From a virus (Duplodnaviria; Caudoviricetes), in the IMG/VR virus record IMGVR_UViG_3300025652_000041, positions 27,904-91,903 of that record: a stretch of 64,000 bases of DNA, one strand, 5' to 3'. Each line of letters begins with the position of its first letter. Position 1 is the first letter of the stretch. Under the pieces are notes generated by a model. It worked only from the letters and a program-made list of their open reading frames with translations, was not told the DNA's origin and did not search any database. Positions 36,643-46,691 of the stretch are shown piece by piece. Made by a program: the position numbers and the translations under genes.

Positions 36643-36857
36643 TGAATGTAGATACACTAGAGAAAGTTGTTTATATGTTGATTGCAGCTGCAATTGCGGT
36701 TCTCACGCTTGTTTATGTGGGTGACAATATTCTGGATCAACCAGACGTGCACTTCAGTAATTCTACTGGCGAATGCGTCAAGGTTATAAACTATGGAGAT
36801 GATGAATACTCCTGTGATAATATACCAAAACGTTATAACCATGTATGGGTCTTATAA
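36642..36857 (+). CDS. Small membrane-anchored protein
   Basis: N-terminal TM; PDVHFSNSTGECVKV. Confidence 0.6.
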   Translation: MNVDTLEKVVYMLIAAAIAVLTLVYVGDNILDQPDVHFSNSTGECVKVINYGDDEYSCDNIPKRYNHVWVL

Positions 36858-36888
36858 CAAATTGTTCTAAAAATAAATGAAATAGTTG

Positions 36889-36917
36889 TTGCATTATTGT
36901 TTTAGTTATGAGATAAT
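36889..36917 (+). promoter_or_regulatory. Early promoter cassette copy
   Basis: TTGCAT-17-GATAAT with upstream ATAACAAATTGTTCTAAAAA. Confidence 0.75.
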
Positions 36918-36972
36918 GTCTTTGTTGGTTGGGGAGTGTCCCCGTTGTTTTTACTTTGAAAGAGACTATATT

Positions 36973-37530
36973 ATGAAAAATGAAATGATTGCTTTGTTCG
37001 CGAAACACGACCTTGTTCTTACTATTGACGAAGAACGTTTAGTTGCCAAGTGCGACCGTCCTGCTCCCCGTGCCCGTCTTGGGTTCAAGAATGAGTACCA
37101 CGTTCGTTACCGTACTATTGAACGTATGTACGAAGCGCAACAAGAGTTCATTGATAATCGTCTTGCCACTATCGAATACCGTGCCAAAGCGAAAGAAGAA
37201 CGCAAAGTCAAGGCAGTAGAACTTGCCGCCAACGTCAAGGTCGGTGACTTGTTCGTTGACTCTTGGGGTTACGAACAGACTCAAGTTGATTGTTACCAAG
37301 TCGTTGCGAAACCTACAGCGAAAACTGTCATTGTCCGTGAGGTTGCCACCGCAACTGTTGAAGGTAGTGAAGGAATGATGTGTCAAAATGTTCGTGCGGT
37401 TCCCAACTCTTTCGTTGGTGAAGAGATGAAGAAACGAATCGACAACTACGGTGGCTTCAAGACTTCTTCTCATTCTTTTGCTCGTCCTACTACTGCGGAA
37501 GCTACTCACTACAACAGCTGGTACTACTAA
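36973..37530 (+). CDS. Hypothetical early protein
   Basis: VGDLFVDSWGYEQT..YQVV motif; strong codon bias. Confidence 0.7.
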   Translation: MKNEMIALFAKHDLVLTIDEERLVAKCDRPAPRARLGFKNEYHVRYRTIERMYEAQQEFIDNRLATIEYRAKAKEERKVKAVELAANVKVGDLFVDSWGYEQTQVDCYQVVAKPTAKTVIVREVATATVEGSEGMMCQNVRAVPNSFVGEEMKKRIDNYGGFKTSSHSFARPTTAEATHYNSWYY

Positions 37531-37738
37531 GGAGATTTTAAAATGAGTGATTACGTTTACTACTTAGAAGAGGATGGCGAGTTTCTTGCCGAAATGATCT
37601 TCGACAGTGAACAGGATGCAATCGATTATGCCGAAGAAAAAGCAATGAAGAACTACAAGATTATTGAGTGGGACTGTGATTAAACCAACGTTAAATTGGT
37701 AATGATTCCTGTGAGGGTTTAACCACGTTCGCTCTTTT

Positions 37739-37763
37739 CCCCCGAGAAATCGGGGGTTTTTTT
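37739..37763 (+). terminator. Rho-independent terminator
   Basis: CCCCCGA-GAAA-TCGGGGG followed by T7. Confidence 0.9.
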
Positions 37764-37825
37764 ACATATAGATACTAAGTGAAAACACAAAAAACCCTAT
37801 ATAGTTATAGTAAAGGTGAAATATA

Positions 37826-38260
37826 ATGGCCAACAATAGAACCCCCGACATTTTCGAAATCTTCGAAGAGTTTGGGAAACAAACAACTAAAACCAAAAGA
37901 AAGGATGTTCTGTTGAAATATCAGAATGTTGCTGCTTTAACAGATGTCCTCCGAGGCACTTTTGATGATACTCTTCAGTTCATCTTGCCCGCGGGCACTC
38001 CTCCGTATACCCCAAATAGACCTGAGTCAACCCCTTCTAGTCTCCTACGACTACATAAAGAATTCGGTTATTATGTTAAAGGTGGGCCAGGCAAAGATAT
38101 GCAGGCGTTTAGACGCGAACTCAAATTCATGCGACTCTTGGAATCAATACATCCAAAAGATGCAGAGATAGTTTTGTCGATGGTGGCAAAAAAGTCACCA
38201 GTGAAATACTTAACCAAAAAACTAGTACAGGAGACCTTTCCAAAACTGATCCAGAAATAA
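37826..38260 (+). CDS. Conserved T4-like phage protein
   Basis: LPAGTPPY..RELKFMRLLESIHPKDAE. Confidence 0.7.
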   Translation: MANNRTPDIFEIFEEFGKQTTKTKRKDVLLKYQNVAALTDVLRGTFDDTLQFILPAGTPPYTPNRPESTPSSLLRLHKEFGYYVKGGPGKDMQAFRRELKFMRLLESIHPKDAEIVLSMVAKKSPVKYLTKKLVQETFPKLIQK

Positions 38261-38290
38261 CCATCCCTTTAACTAACAAACGAGGTGTTG

Positions 38291-38452
38291 ATGTCAGAAA
38301 AACAATTGGAACGCTTGAAGCGAGACCGTCAGGAATTGGATTATTATATCCAACGAATGAAGAAGAAAGGAAGAGATAACTTGGTTTATAAACTAGCAAA
38401 GAAACAAGAGTATCTCAATCAAACTATTGTTGAACAACTAACGACTCAATAA
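38291..38452 (+). CDS. Small basic helical protein (53 aa)
   Basis: GAGGTG SD; translated manually. Confidence 0.55.
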   Translation: MSEKQLERLKRDRQELDYYIQRMKKKGRDNLVYKLAKKQEYLNQTIVEQLTTQ

Positions 38453-38518
38453 GGAAGGTGATCCGTATCTCTTCACCCCCCCACTCGGGGGGTGTCGTAT
38501 GGAAAACAATAATAAATT

Positions 38519-38755
38519 ATGCCAATATATGAATTTAAAGATAATGAGACCGGCGAAGTAATCGAAGTCATGATGAAAATATCAGAGTACGATGACTACC
38601 GAAAAGATAACCCCCATCTAAATAGATGTTTCACTAAAGCGCCCGGTTTAACATCGGGAGTCAAATCCGCATTGACAATGGCTGGTAGCGATTGGCAAGA
38701 ACACCTAGGCAACATTAAGAAAGGTGCGGGTAAAGATAACAACATCAAAACATAG
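38519..38755 (+). CDS. FmdB-like small protein lacking the Cys ligands
   Basis: MPIYEFKDNETGE start. Confidence 0.6.
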   Translation: MPIYEFKDNETGEVIEVMMKISEYDDYRKDNPHLNRCFTKAPGLTSGVKSALTMAGSDWQEHLGNIKKGAGKDNNIKT

Positions 38756-38763
38756 AGAACTTA

Positions 38764-39447
38764 ATGCAAAAACCACAAACGTTAAAGATCGATCATCTTT
38801 TGACAGTCGATCCAATGACTACTGGCCAAGAACAAGTGTTCTCTGCCTACAAGTCTGGTTCGCACTTGGTACTGAATGGATCTGCGGGGACGGGTAAAAC
38901 TTTCAGTGCACTGTATCTTGGACTAGAGACTGTACTTGATAAAGGTAACCAGTTTTCATCTGTAGTTATCTGTAGGTCTATCGTACCTACCCGAGAGATT
39001 GGATTCTTGCCAGGAACTCTAGAAGAGAAGATGGATGCATATACCGCACCCTACAAATCAATATGCGCGGAACTATTCGATGATCCGGAAGCATACCGAA
39101 AACTTTCGGAGAACAAGACGGTTGATTTTATCTCAACGTCACATATTCGTGGAACTACAATCAACGATGCAGTTATCATAGTGGATGAGATGCAGAACTT
39201 GACATTCCATGAATTAGATAGTATCATTACTAGAGTTGGTCAGAATTGTCGGATCATATTCTGTGGTGATTATTATCAATCAGACTTCGTAAAAGAAGGT
39301 GATAGGAAAGGTATCGTGAAGTTTATCGAGATACTTGAGTTGATGAAGAACTTCACTGTAGTAGAATTTACATGGGCAGATATAGTACGTTCGGACTTCG
39401 TGCGAGACTATATAATGACTAAAGAACTAATAGAGGAAAAGAAATGA
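38764..39447 (+). CDS. phoH: PhoH-family ATPase
   Basis: GSAGTGKT, IGFLPG, IRGTT, DEMQN, CGD..QSD, DIVRS. Confidence 0.92.
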   Translation: MQKPQTLKIDHLLTVDPMTTGQEQVFSAYKSGSHLVLNGSAGTGKTFSALYLGLETVLDKGNQFSSVVICRSIVPTREIGFLPGTLEEKMDAYTAPYKSICAELFDDPEAYRKLSENKTVDFISTSHIRGTTINDAVIIVDEMQNLTFHELDSIITRVGQNCRIIFCGDYYQSDFVKEGDRKGIVKFIEILELMKNFTVVEFTWADIVRSDFVRDYIMTKELIEEKK

Positions 39448-39890
39448 ACAGACAAGAAGTATTCGAAACATTAAAAGTGGACGAAGGAGTCGAGTATGAA
39501 ATCTATAACGACCATCTTGGGTACGCAACATTTGGTGTCGGGCATCTCGTACTTGAAACTGACCCCGAACACGGACAACCGGTCGGAACCCCAATCAGTG
39601 AAGACAGAGTTGCCGAGTGTTTTGACAACGACCTCAATACAGCAATCAGCGAGTGTCATGCTTTATACGGACAGGGCGACTTTGATTCGTTACCAGACGG
39701 AGTACAAGGTGTACTTGTCAATATGATGTTCAACATGGGACGTACTCGTTTGAGTAAGTTCAAGAACTTCAATGGTGCAATTGCAGAAGGTGATTGGAAA
39801 CGTGCAGGTGTAGAGGGACGTGATAGTCTCTGGCATCGACAGGTTACAAACCGTGCAGAAAGACTAATGGTAACCTTAGAGAACGTATAA
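39444..39890 (+). CDS. Endolysin, T4-lysozyme (GH24) family
   Basis: DEG..YNDHLGYATFGVGH; NMMFNMG; W..Q..NRA. Confidence 0.88.
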   Translation: MNRQEVFETLKVDEGVEYEIYNDHLGYATFGVGHLVLETDPEHGQPVGTPISEDRVAECFDNDLNTAISECHALYGQGDFDSLPDGVQGVLVNMMFNMGRTRLSKFKNFNGAIAEGDWKRAGVEGRDSLWHRQVTNRAERLMVTLENV

Positions 39891-39999
39891 GTAATTAGTA
39901 TGGCCAAGTACAGTCGTCACGATAGTAGAAACAAGAAACGTAATAAACATAAACAGATGACCTTGAATGGGAACTCTGATACACGAAAAGTGAGAGATA

Positions 40000-40824
40000 A
40001 TGAGAAACGCGATTTTTCAATACATGATCGTCAACGACAAGGTTGATGAACGTGGTGATATCGAAGGTAGAAAGAGAAGTCAAGTGTATCGAGAGTGTGC
40101 GGATATATCTCGCAATTCATTCTTACAGTACGCAGATCACGTAGATGCGGATTATCACTATTCCGATGAAGCGGTGTATTGTAAGGACGATCATTCAACC
40201 GGAATATTGTTTGAATGTTTACGCGTAATCTATGACCCGATGTTCGACCAGTACGACAAGGTACTCTTTGCTGATACTGATATTGTAGTAAACACCGATG
40301 AAAACATCTTCGACATATGTGAAGACGGAGATGTTTTCGGTGTACTTGAGAGTGATATCGTCACCGCTGATGGTGGTGGATATAACTCTTGGGATTATAA
40401 ACAAAGTACCTATCTCGACTTTGTAAACAAGTTCCAGATGCACGGCATTCCGGTCGTGCCTTCTATGCCACCTAGCAGACCATCCAAAATAACCATACTG
40501 AATACCGGTGTGGTTGTATGGACACGCGAGGCACGTCTACGTGCACGTGAGTTGTTTATGCCTTGGAAAGAATGGTTCTACGCTAAACCCGAATTCCATA
40601 TGTCTGTAATGAATGATCAACCATACATCTCTGGTCAGTTGATGCAACATGAATTTGATCTGGTCACCATAGACCAGACATGGAATGATTCCCCCCACTA
40701 CGCCACAGAAGAAGAGTTCTTTGAGAAGGCGAAGTTCTGTCACTATACTGGCGGAGGATGGAAGATCCTCATGCTAGACCACTATCACTCAAACAAATTC
40801 CGACTATCACCAAAACAAATGTAA
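40000..40824 (+). CDS. Glycosyltransferase GT-A (GT8-like)
   Basis: YDKVLFADTD, NTGVV, DQ, WN, HY motifs. Confidence 0.75.
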   Translation: MRNAIFQYMIVNDKVDERGDIEGRKRSQVYRECADISRNSFLQYADHVDADYHYSDEAVYCKDDHSTGILFECLRVIYDPMFDQYDKVLFADTDIVVNTDENIFDICEDGDVFGVLESDIVTADGGGYNSWDYKQSTYLDFVNKFQMHGIPVVPSMPPSRPSKITILNTGVVVWTREARLRARELFMPWKEWFYAKPEFHMSVMNDQPYISGQLMQHEFDLVTIDQTWNDSPHYATEEEFFEKAKFCHYTGGGWKILMLDHYHSNKFRLSPKQM

Positions 40825-40831
40825 ATAAGTG

Positions 40832-40860
40832 TTGACATCTTGTTTTAACTATGAGATAAT
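40832..40860 (+). promoter_or_regulatory. Early promoter cassette copy
   Basis: TTGACA-17-GATAAT, then GTACCTAATTGAG. Confidence 0.8.
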
Positions 40861-40892
40861 GGGTACCTAATTGAGAGAGAGAGGTGTTTATT

Positions 40893-41081
40893 ATGAATTA
40901 TGTAGAAACTGGTGCCATTGTTACAAAGATGATCGAACTTATTCGTAAGGATAACGATAATCCAAATTATGCAATCGGTTACCTAGAAGCTATGATGAGA
41001 ACTCTATCTATGAAATATCCCAAAGTTCTCGAAGAATTTATCGAAACTATTGACTATTTAGAAAATAAGGAAGTAAAGTGA
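40893..41081 (+). CDS. Small early protein
   Basis: YAIGYLEAM motif; behind cassette. Confidence 0.6.
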   Translation: MNYVETGAIVTKMIELIRKDNDNPNYAIGYLEAMMRTLSMKYPKVLEEFIETIDYLENKEVK

Positions 41082-41659
41082 ATAAAGAAAATGTAATATT
41101 AACAGACATCGATGGTGTAGTTCTTAACTGGTTCTACGCATTCGATATCTGGATGAACGAACACGGTCACAAGTTAGCTGACCCAACAAACCTAGTCTAT
41201 GATGTCAGTGAAGCCTATGGTGTTGACAAGGAGACTGGTAAGATGTTAGTCCGTGTGTTTAACGAGAGTGCCCATGTCGGGTTCCTTCCACCACTACGTG
41301 ACGCAATGCATTACATGAAGAAGTTGCACGAAGAACATGGTTATGTGTTCCATGCGATTACTAGTCTGAGTGACAATCCTAATGCGCAGAAGTTGCGTAT
41401 CCTAAACCTTCAGAAGTTGTTCGGTGAGACTTTGTTTGAGAAGTTCATTATCCTTGGTTGTGGTGATGACAAAGACGAAGCCTTAGAACCTTACCGTGAC
41501 ACCGAATGCCTGTGGGTAGAAGATAAGACTGAGAATGCCGAACTAGGTGTTGAACTTGGTCTGGAGAGTGTGTTGATGGAACATGGTTTCAACATGAACC
41601 ACCCAACTATCCCTTGCATGAAGAACTGGAAAGAGATCTACGAAAAACTGGTTGGTTAA
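41078..41659 (+). CDS. HAD-family phosphatase (T4 30.2-like / 5'-nucleotidase)
   Basis: ILTDIDGVVLNW and WVEDK motifs. Confidence 0.8.
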   Translation: MNKENVILTDIDGVVLNWFYAFDIWMNEHGHKLADPTNLVYDVSEAYGVDKETGKMLVRVFNESAHVGFLPPLRDAMHYMKKLHEEHGYVFHAITSLSDNPNAQKLRILNLQKLFGETLFEKFIILGCGDDKDEALEPYRDTECLWVEDKTENAELGVELGLESVLMEHGFNMNHPTIPCMKNWKEIYEKLVG

Positions 41660-41700
41660 AATGTGACTAAATATCCTCATACAATCTATGAGGTATATTT

Positions 41701-43197
41701 ATGCGTTACGTTGGTTTCAGTGAGTATTATCACGATGCAGCACTATCAATTATAAACAAGGACGGTACTGTGGAGTTCGCTTCACAGGCCGAACGTTTTT
41801 CTAAGAAGAAGAACGACCCTATCATTCCCGAAAGTCTCTGGGAATATGTTAACGACAACGATCATGTATCATTCTATGAAGACTATGCACTTCGAGAAAA
41901 ATACCGAGATACTTATCGAGGTTTAAAAGGCAAAACACTCCAAAGAGATGTTTCTTCACACGAAGAAATACCAATCGGTGAAAGTCTTGTCTATGACAAC
42001 TTCCACGAACATCACATATCACATTGCGCAACCGCATTCTACACCCGCCCTTGGAAAGACAAAGAAGATACTGTTATGGTGTCTATCGATGGTGCAGGCG
42101 AATATCAAACTGCGGTCATCTACGACCACAACTTCAACCTAATCAAAGAATGGCATTACCCCAAGTCTATAGGACTAGTCTACACTAGTGCAACAAAAAC
42201 GTTGGGTTTACGTCCACTTGAGGACGAGTATGTTGTTATGGGATTGTCATCATATGGTACCGCACCTCCAGAGATGGTACAATGGTTGATTGATTGGTGG
42301 GAAGATACTCCTGATGTTGCGACCGGAGTAGGTAAAGAGGTTTTACTAGATCATCCGGATAGTCCGGAGTATGTAGGATTTAAGAGGATGCGAAATAAAC
42401 TAATCGACTTCGCTAAACAGTACGGAGATAAAGATTTCGCAGCCGGTATTCAGAGGTTTTCAGAGTATGGTATTATGCAGATCATGCATATTGCAAAACA
42501 ACACGGAAACAAGTTAGTGTACTCTGGTGGTTGTGCACAGAATGTTGTTACCAATTCAATGATACACGAACTATTTGATGGTCAAATGCATATTGCAGTT
42601 GCACCTACAGATGCAGGATCTAGTCTTGGTACTGCCGCAATGACATGGGCAAAGGAAACAGGAAAGGATCGATTGATTTGGTCGCCCTATTCTGGTTACA
42701 ACATAGATAGAGAGGTAAACGTACAGGAAGTAGTCGATCACCTCTTAGAACACCGTGTGTGCGGTCTGGCGAACGGTAAAGCGGAGTTTGGCCCACGTGC
42801 ACTAGGTAACAGGTCTTTGATCGCAGATGTGAGGTATGACGTAAAGGATACGGTGAATGGTATCAAACGTAGACAGAAGTACCGACCATTCGCACCCGCA
42901 ATCCTAGAGGAACACGCACACGAGTACTTCGAAGGGCCTATGAATGAGTACATGCAATACACCTCTATAGCAAAACATCCTTATACGTCAGTCACTCATG
43001 TAGATGGTACTGCTCGTGTTCAGATAGTAAAGAAAGATTGTCCGTCTATATTCCGTAAGATTATCGAAGAATATTACGCAAGGACGGGCGTTCCGATGTT
43101 ACTAAATACCTCATTGAACATCCGCGGCCGTCCGATGGTCAACGATGAACATGACGCAGAATTGTGGGAACAAAAGTACGGAGTGAAGGTTTTTTAA
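41701..43197 (+). CDS. O-carbamoyltransferase (NodU/CmcH family)
   Basis: YHDAA, ERFSKKK, HHISH, DGAGE, SGGCAQN, EFGPRALGNRS, RPFAP, LLNTSLN. Confidence 0.92.
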   Translation: MRYVGFSEYYHDAALSIINKDGTVEFASQAERFSKKKNDPIIPESLWEYVNDNDHVSFYEDYALREKYRDTYRGLKGKTLQRDVSSHEEIPIGESLVYDNFHEHHISHCATAFYTRPWKDKEDTVMVSIDGAGEYQTAVIYDHNFNLIKEWHYPKSIGLVYTSATKTLGLRPLEDEYVVMGLSSYGTAPPEMVQWLIDWWEDTPDVATGVGKEVLLDHPDSPEYVGFKRMRNKLIDFAKQYGDKDFAAGIQRFSEYGIMQIMHIAKQHGNKLVYSGGCAQNVVTNSMIHELFDGQMHIAVAPTDAGSSLGTAAMTWAKETGKDRLIWSPYSGYNIDREVNVQEVVDHLLEHRVCGLANGKAEFGPRALGNRSLIADVRYDVKDTVNGIKRRQKYRPFAPAILEEHAHEYFEGPMNEYMQYTSIAKHPYTSVTHVDGTARVQIVKKDCPSIFRKIIEEYYARTGVPMLLNTSLNIRGRPMVNDEHDAELWEQKYGVKVF

Positions 43198-43697
43198 TGC
43201 AGTACATACGCAAATATAAAATTGATGATTGGGAAAGTGTTCAGGACAAGATATTACTTGCTATCGAAATGATAAAAGATAACAACGTATGTGAATATGC
43301 TAACATGTCTCATTCTGATTACAAGGTTGATGCAAAACCTTTGTATTGGGAAGTATTCGAGAATGCTGTTCGGCCAAGTCTAGAGGAATATATGTCTAGT
43401 TGGAAGTGTACCGACATACGCATAGGTAATATGTGGTTTGCAGAATATAGTGAACATGGTGCAGACTTCAACTGGCACACCCATGAAGGTGCGAATATGT
43501 CCGGTGTCCTTCAAGTAGTATTAGAAGATCCGGAAAACGGAACACAATTATTAGGAACACCAATAGATTTGGAAGAAGGGGATCTTGTAGTATTCCCTTC
43601 GATGTTACCCCACAGAAGTCCTATGATAACCGACAGTAAGAAACTTGTTATCGGTTTTAATTGGGACATACATGGTAGTGAATTACACGAACATTAA
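43197..43697 (+). CDS. Putative 2OG-Fe(II) oxygenase
   Basis: WHTH..SGV..EGDLVVFPSMLPH. Confidence 0.75.
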   Translation: MQYIRKYKIDDWESVQDKILLAIEMIKDNNVCEYANMSHSDYKVDAKPLYWEVFENAVRPSLEEYMSSWKCTDIRIGNMWFAEYSEHGADFNWHTHEGANMSGVLQVVLEDPENGTQLLGTPIDLEEGDLVVFPSMLPHRSPMITDSKKLVIGFNWDIHGSELHEH

Positions 43698-43711
43698 ACT
43701 AGGAGAATAAA

Positions 43712-44065
43712 ATGTCAGAAGAAAAAAAGAAGGTACAACTTACCGCAGACAGTGATGGGTTTTTAGCGGGAGCTGATGCGGACGGTGATGGTCACATTAC
43801 CGAACAAGAACTACAGATGCACTTAGAGTTCAAACGAAAGGAACTCGAAGACGCAGATGCTATGCGAGATGCGCAAAGAAACATGGCCTGGTTTGCACTT
43901 GGCGGAATGTTACTTTATCCCTTCGCTGTAGTACTGGCATCTTTGATAGGATTAGACCAAGCAGCAAATACGTTAGGTTCTATGGCACCGACATACTTTG
44001 TATCTGTTGCCGCAATTGTCGCAGCGTTCTATGCGAAGGAAGCTGTCGGTAACAAGAATAAGTAA
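43712..44065 (+). CDS. Two-TM membrane protein with EF-hand-like loop (holin candidate)
   Basis: DADGDGHITEQE plus two hydrophobic helices. Confidence 0.6.
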   Translation: MSEEKKKVQLTADSDGFLAGADADGDGHITEQELQMHLEFKRKELEDADAMRDAQRNMAWFALGGMLLYPFAVVLASLIGLDQAANTLGSMAPTYFVSVAAIVAAFYAKEAVGNKNK

Positions 44066-44955
44066 TGGAACTTATTACTTGGCGAGGTACGCCAGGAGTT
44101 GGTGATTTCATGTGGGCACTTAATTGTGCCCATAACTTTTCTTACAAAGAAAACAAGAAAGTTACTTTAGAGTTTCATTGGGAACATGAAGAAGACCATC
44201 TACACCACTTCGAAGATCCAGAAACAATCATAGAGAGACTAGAGTACATCCATAACTTCTATCATAGAAAGGATGATGTGACGGTCATACACGTGTATAA
44301 TGAACGGACACGTTACAGTGATTGGAGATATAACGATGATGTTACCAGAGAGGACGATGGTAGTCTCAGAGTCATGGCCATAAGCCGACCCAAAAAGAAT
44401 AGGTTTTGGTTTGAGAGTGGAAAGTATTCGGATGAGGTAGGCGGAGATATTCCCAACAGTGATTGGATATTCCGGAAGGATGCATTCCGAAAAATTGACA
44501 ATAATAAGATTGTTATATGGAGACCGCTGTTTAATGCAGAAACTCCAAAAACATGGAAAAGACAGTTGACAAATGACAAATGGGATGTTATAATAAATCA
44601 GTTGGTTGCGGCGGGATTACATATAACAGAATTGACCTATAGAACTCCTGTTTCCGAAGCACTCTATCATATCTCTACATGTCGTCAAGTCATATGTTAT
44701 GATGGTATGTGGCATTACATTGCTCGTAACTTATATAGACCTACGATAGTTATAAGTAATGAGGGTATAACGCGTTATCATACGCCTCATTGTGTACGAA
44801 CTACACACGATGAAAATGAAGAAATGAATATATTTTGGTGGGTGAATAATATCCCTGAGATGTTAGGTAACACCAAGAGAAAAGCAATAGAACATGAAAC
44901 TAAAGCGAGAGGATTTTTCAGTGAAAGAAATAAACATAGACAGAGCAGTAATTGA
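44065..44955 (+). CDS. Putative GT-B glycosyltransferase (GT9-like)
   Basis: GVGDF N-terminus; ICYDGMWHYIA resembles the GT9 C-terminal motif. Confidence 0.5.
   Translation: MELITWRGTPGVGDFMWALNCAHNFSYKENKKVTLEFHWEHEEDHLHHFEDPETIIERLEYIHNFYHRKDDVTVIHVYNERTRYSDWRYNDDVTREDDGSLRVMAISRPKKNRFWFESGKYSDEVGGDIPNSDWIFRKDAFRKIDNNKIVIWRPLFNAETPKTWKRQLTNDKWDVIINQLVAAGLHITELTYRTPVSEALYHISTCRQVICYDGMWHYIARNLYRPTIVISNEGITRYHTPHCVRTTHDENEEMNIFWWVNNIPEMLGNTKRKAIEHETKARGFFSERNKHRQSSN
44566..44594 (+). promoter_or_regulatory. Intragenic consensus sigma70 promoter
   Basis: TTGACA-17-TATAAT with extended TG. Confidence 0.6.
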
Positions 44956-45901
44956 AGTACAGGGCGGCTGTAATTTTGATTGCACAATGTGTCCTCAAGA
45001 TAAACGTACCGGAGGTAGACACAAAGGTTTCTTAACCAAGATGTCACTGATCGAGTTCGAAGATAATGTTCAAGACTGTGCACGACATGGACTGAACGTT
45101 GTCAACCTAGATGGTTCGGGTGAAGCAACCATGAATCGTAACCTACCAGAATATATAAAAATCGTTAAGAGGTATGATGCAAAAGCAGTCATCTTCTCTA
45201 ATGGTTTTCGTATGCATGGTCAATTCATGAAGGACTGTGTGGACGCAGGATTGGACTTCTTCCGATTCTCTTTCGTTGGTTCTACACCAGAGAAGTATCA
45301 AGAGTGGATGAATAACACTCGGGGTAGCACTTATGAGTTGATAAAGAAACATGTAAAAGAAATGATGGATTATGTAAAGGAGTCTGGGTCGGATTGTGTT
45401 GTGGAGACATACCACCTGATTACAGACAATGATAATATTGAACAAGAACTAGAACAGTACAAGGCCTTAGTAGAAGAACTTGGTTGTAAGACCGAGATCT
45501 GGAAAATGCACAACTGGTCTGGTGCATATGATATAGGTGAAACAAATGCTAGAACTGGTAATGTCAAAACTTGTGGTCGTCCTTTTTCTCCTGACGTTGT
45601 TATCCGTGCTGGTGGGGTGGATGGTCATCGGGGTGCAGTTCATCCGTGCTGTCAAGTACTTGGTCGGGATGAAGAAGCAGTTCTCGGACATACATCCGTC
45701 AATACGATAGAAGAAATTATTCGAGGTGAAGAGTACTCTGCATTACGCGAGTCTCATAGAACTGGAGAATACACGGATTATTGTAGAGATTGTGATTTTC
45801 TACTTGACACTCCGGAGACATTGGTGTATACTAATAACTCAAGATCAGAAATGAAAATGATTGGAACTTCTTTCGATCTTAATGATTATAGGAACGTTTA
45901 G
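44921..45901 (+). CDS. Radical SAM protein with SPASM/twitch domain
   Basis: CNFDCTMC; C-terminal CGRPF..PCC..CRDC; start at GTG 44921 or ATG 44894. Confidence 0.88.
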   Translation: MKEINIDRAVIEVQGGCNFDCTMCPQDKRTGGRHKGFLTKMSLIEFEDNVQDCARHGLNVVNLDGSGEATMNRNLPEYIKIVKRYDAKAVIFSNGFRMHGQFMKDCVDAGLDFFRFSFVGSTPEKYQEWMNNTRGSTYELIKKHVKEMMDYVKESGSDCVVETYHLITDNDNIEQELEQYKALVEELGCKTEIWKMHNWSGAYDIGETNARTGNVKTCGRPFSPDVVIRAGGVDGHRGAVHPCCQVLGRDEEAVLGHTSVNTIEEIIRGEEYSALRESHRTGEYTDYCRDCDFLLDTPETLVYTNNSRSEMKMIGTSFDLNDYRNV

Positions 45902-46499
45902 TTTGAATGACTCTAAACCACCAGTGTGGATGATCGTGATGAGTGGGAATCCCATTTCCGATTACTATAGAAAACTTGCATTACCTTCTTGGTTGAAAGC
46001 TGGGTTCGATGTTAATTTTTTCGAAGGTGTTACACCCGAGACTTACAAAGATCATTTTGATTTGCTCTTTGGGAACAAACATAGTAAAAGCACTCCGGAT
46101 GGTGTAATGTTCACTGTCTCTGAAAAGTGTGTGTGGTACGGTCATTACTATCTTTGGAAAAAATGTATTGATACTGACACTCCTATGATAGTGTGTGAAC
46201 ATGATATTGAATTGGTTATGGATATTCAACCTTCAATATACACTACACCTATGGCGTGTTTGGCTCACGATCCTCCGGACATACGCAAAGAGAAACGTAC
46301 ATCTCTTGCGGGTGGTGCATATTATATAACACCAGATGTTGCAAAGGTGTTAATAAGAATAAACGAGGATCGTATTAGAATCAACTCTGATGGTTGGGTC
46401 TGGGAAGTGTGTAAGGCGCATGGATACTTTCATTATGACAAGTGTTCACATATAAAAGATTATTCTGTCGGATTTACGACCAAACATAACAAGAGTTAA
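45861..46499 (+). CDS. Glycosyltransferase family 25-like
   Basis: H..LWKKC..IVCEHD..AYYITP; start uncertain. Confidence 0.7.
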   Translation: MELLSILMIIGTFSLNDSKPPVWMIVMSGNPISDYYRKLALPSWLKAGFDVNFFEGVTPETYKDHFDLLFGNKHSKSTPDGVMFTVSEKCVWYGHYYLWKKCIDTDTPMIVCEHDIELVMDIQPSIYTTPMACLAHDPPDIRKEKRTSLAGGAYYITPDVAKVLIRINEDRIRINSDGWVWEVCKAHGYFHYDKCSHIKDYSVGFTTKHNKS

Positions 46500-46502
46500 A
46501 CA

Positions 46503-46691
46503 ATGTATAACATAACATTCAAACACTATCGTACTGGCGTTGAACTCACCTTGACTGGGTACCCAATGGATGACTATAATAAACGCAAAGATTCTGAGAT
46601 GTTCATATTCTATGATACTCTCAATGAACGAATCGAAGCCATTATAAGGTCATCCATTGTGTCCATGTTGGCATATGAGGATGAGTTGTGA
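46503..46691 (+). CDS. Hypothetical protein
   Basis: Tiled ORF. Confidence 0.5.
   Translation: MYNITFKHYRTGVELTLTGYPMDDYNKRKDSEMFIFYDTLNERIEAIIRSSIVSMLAYEDEL

Noticed and set aside
37683-37738. Possible tRNA or ncRNA before the terminator
   Set aside because: No cloverleaf or T-loop consensus and too short; no tRNA was recognised anywhere in the window by eye
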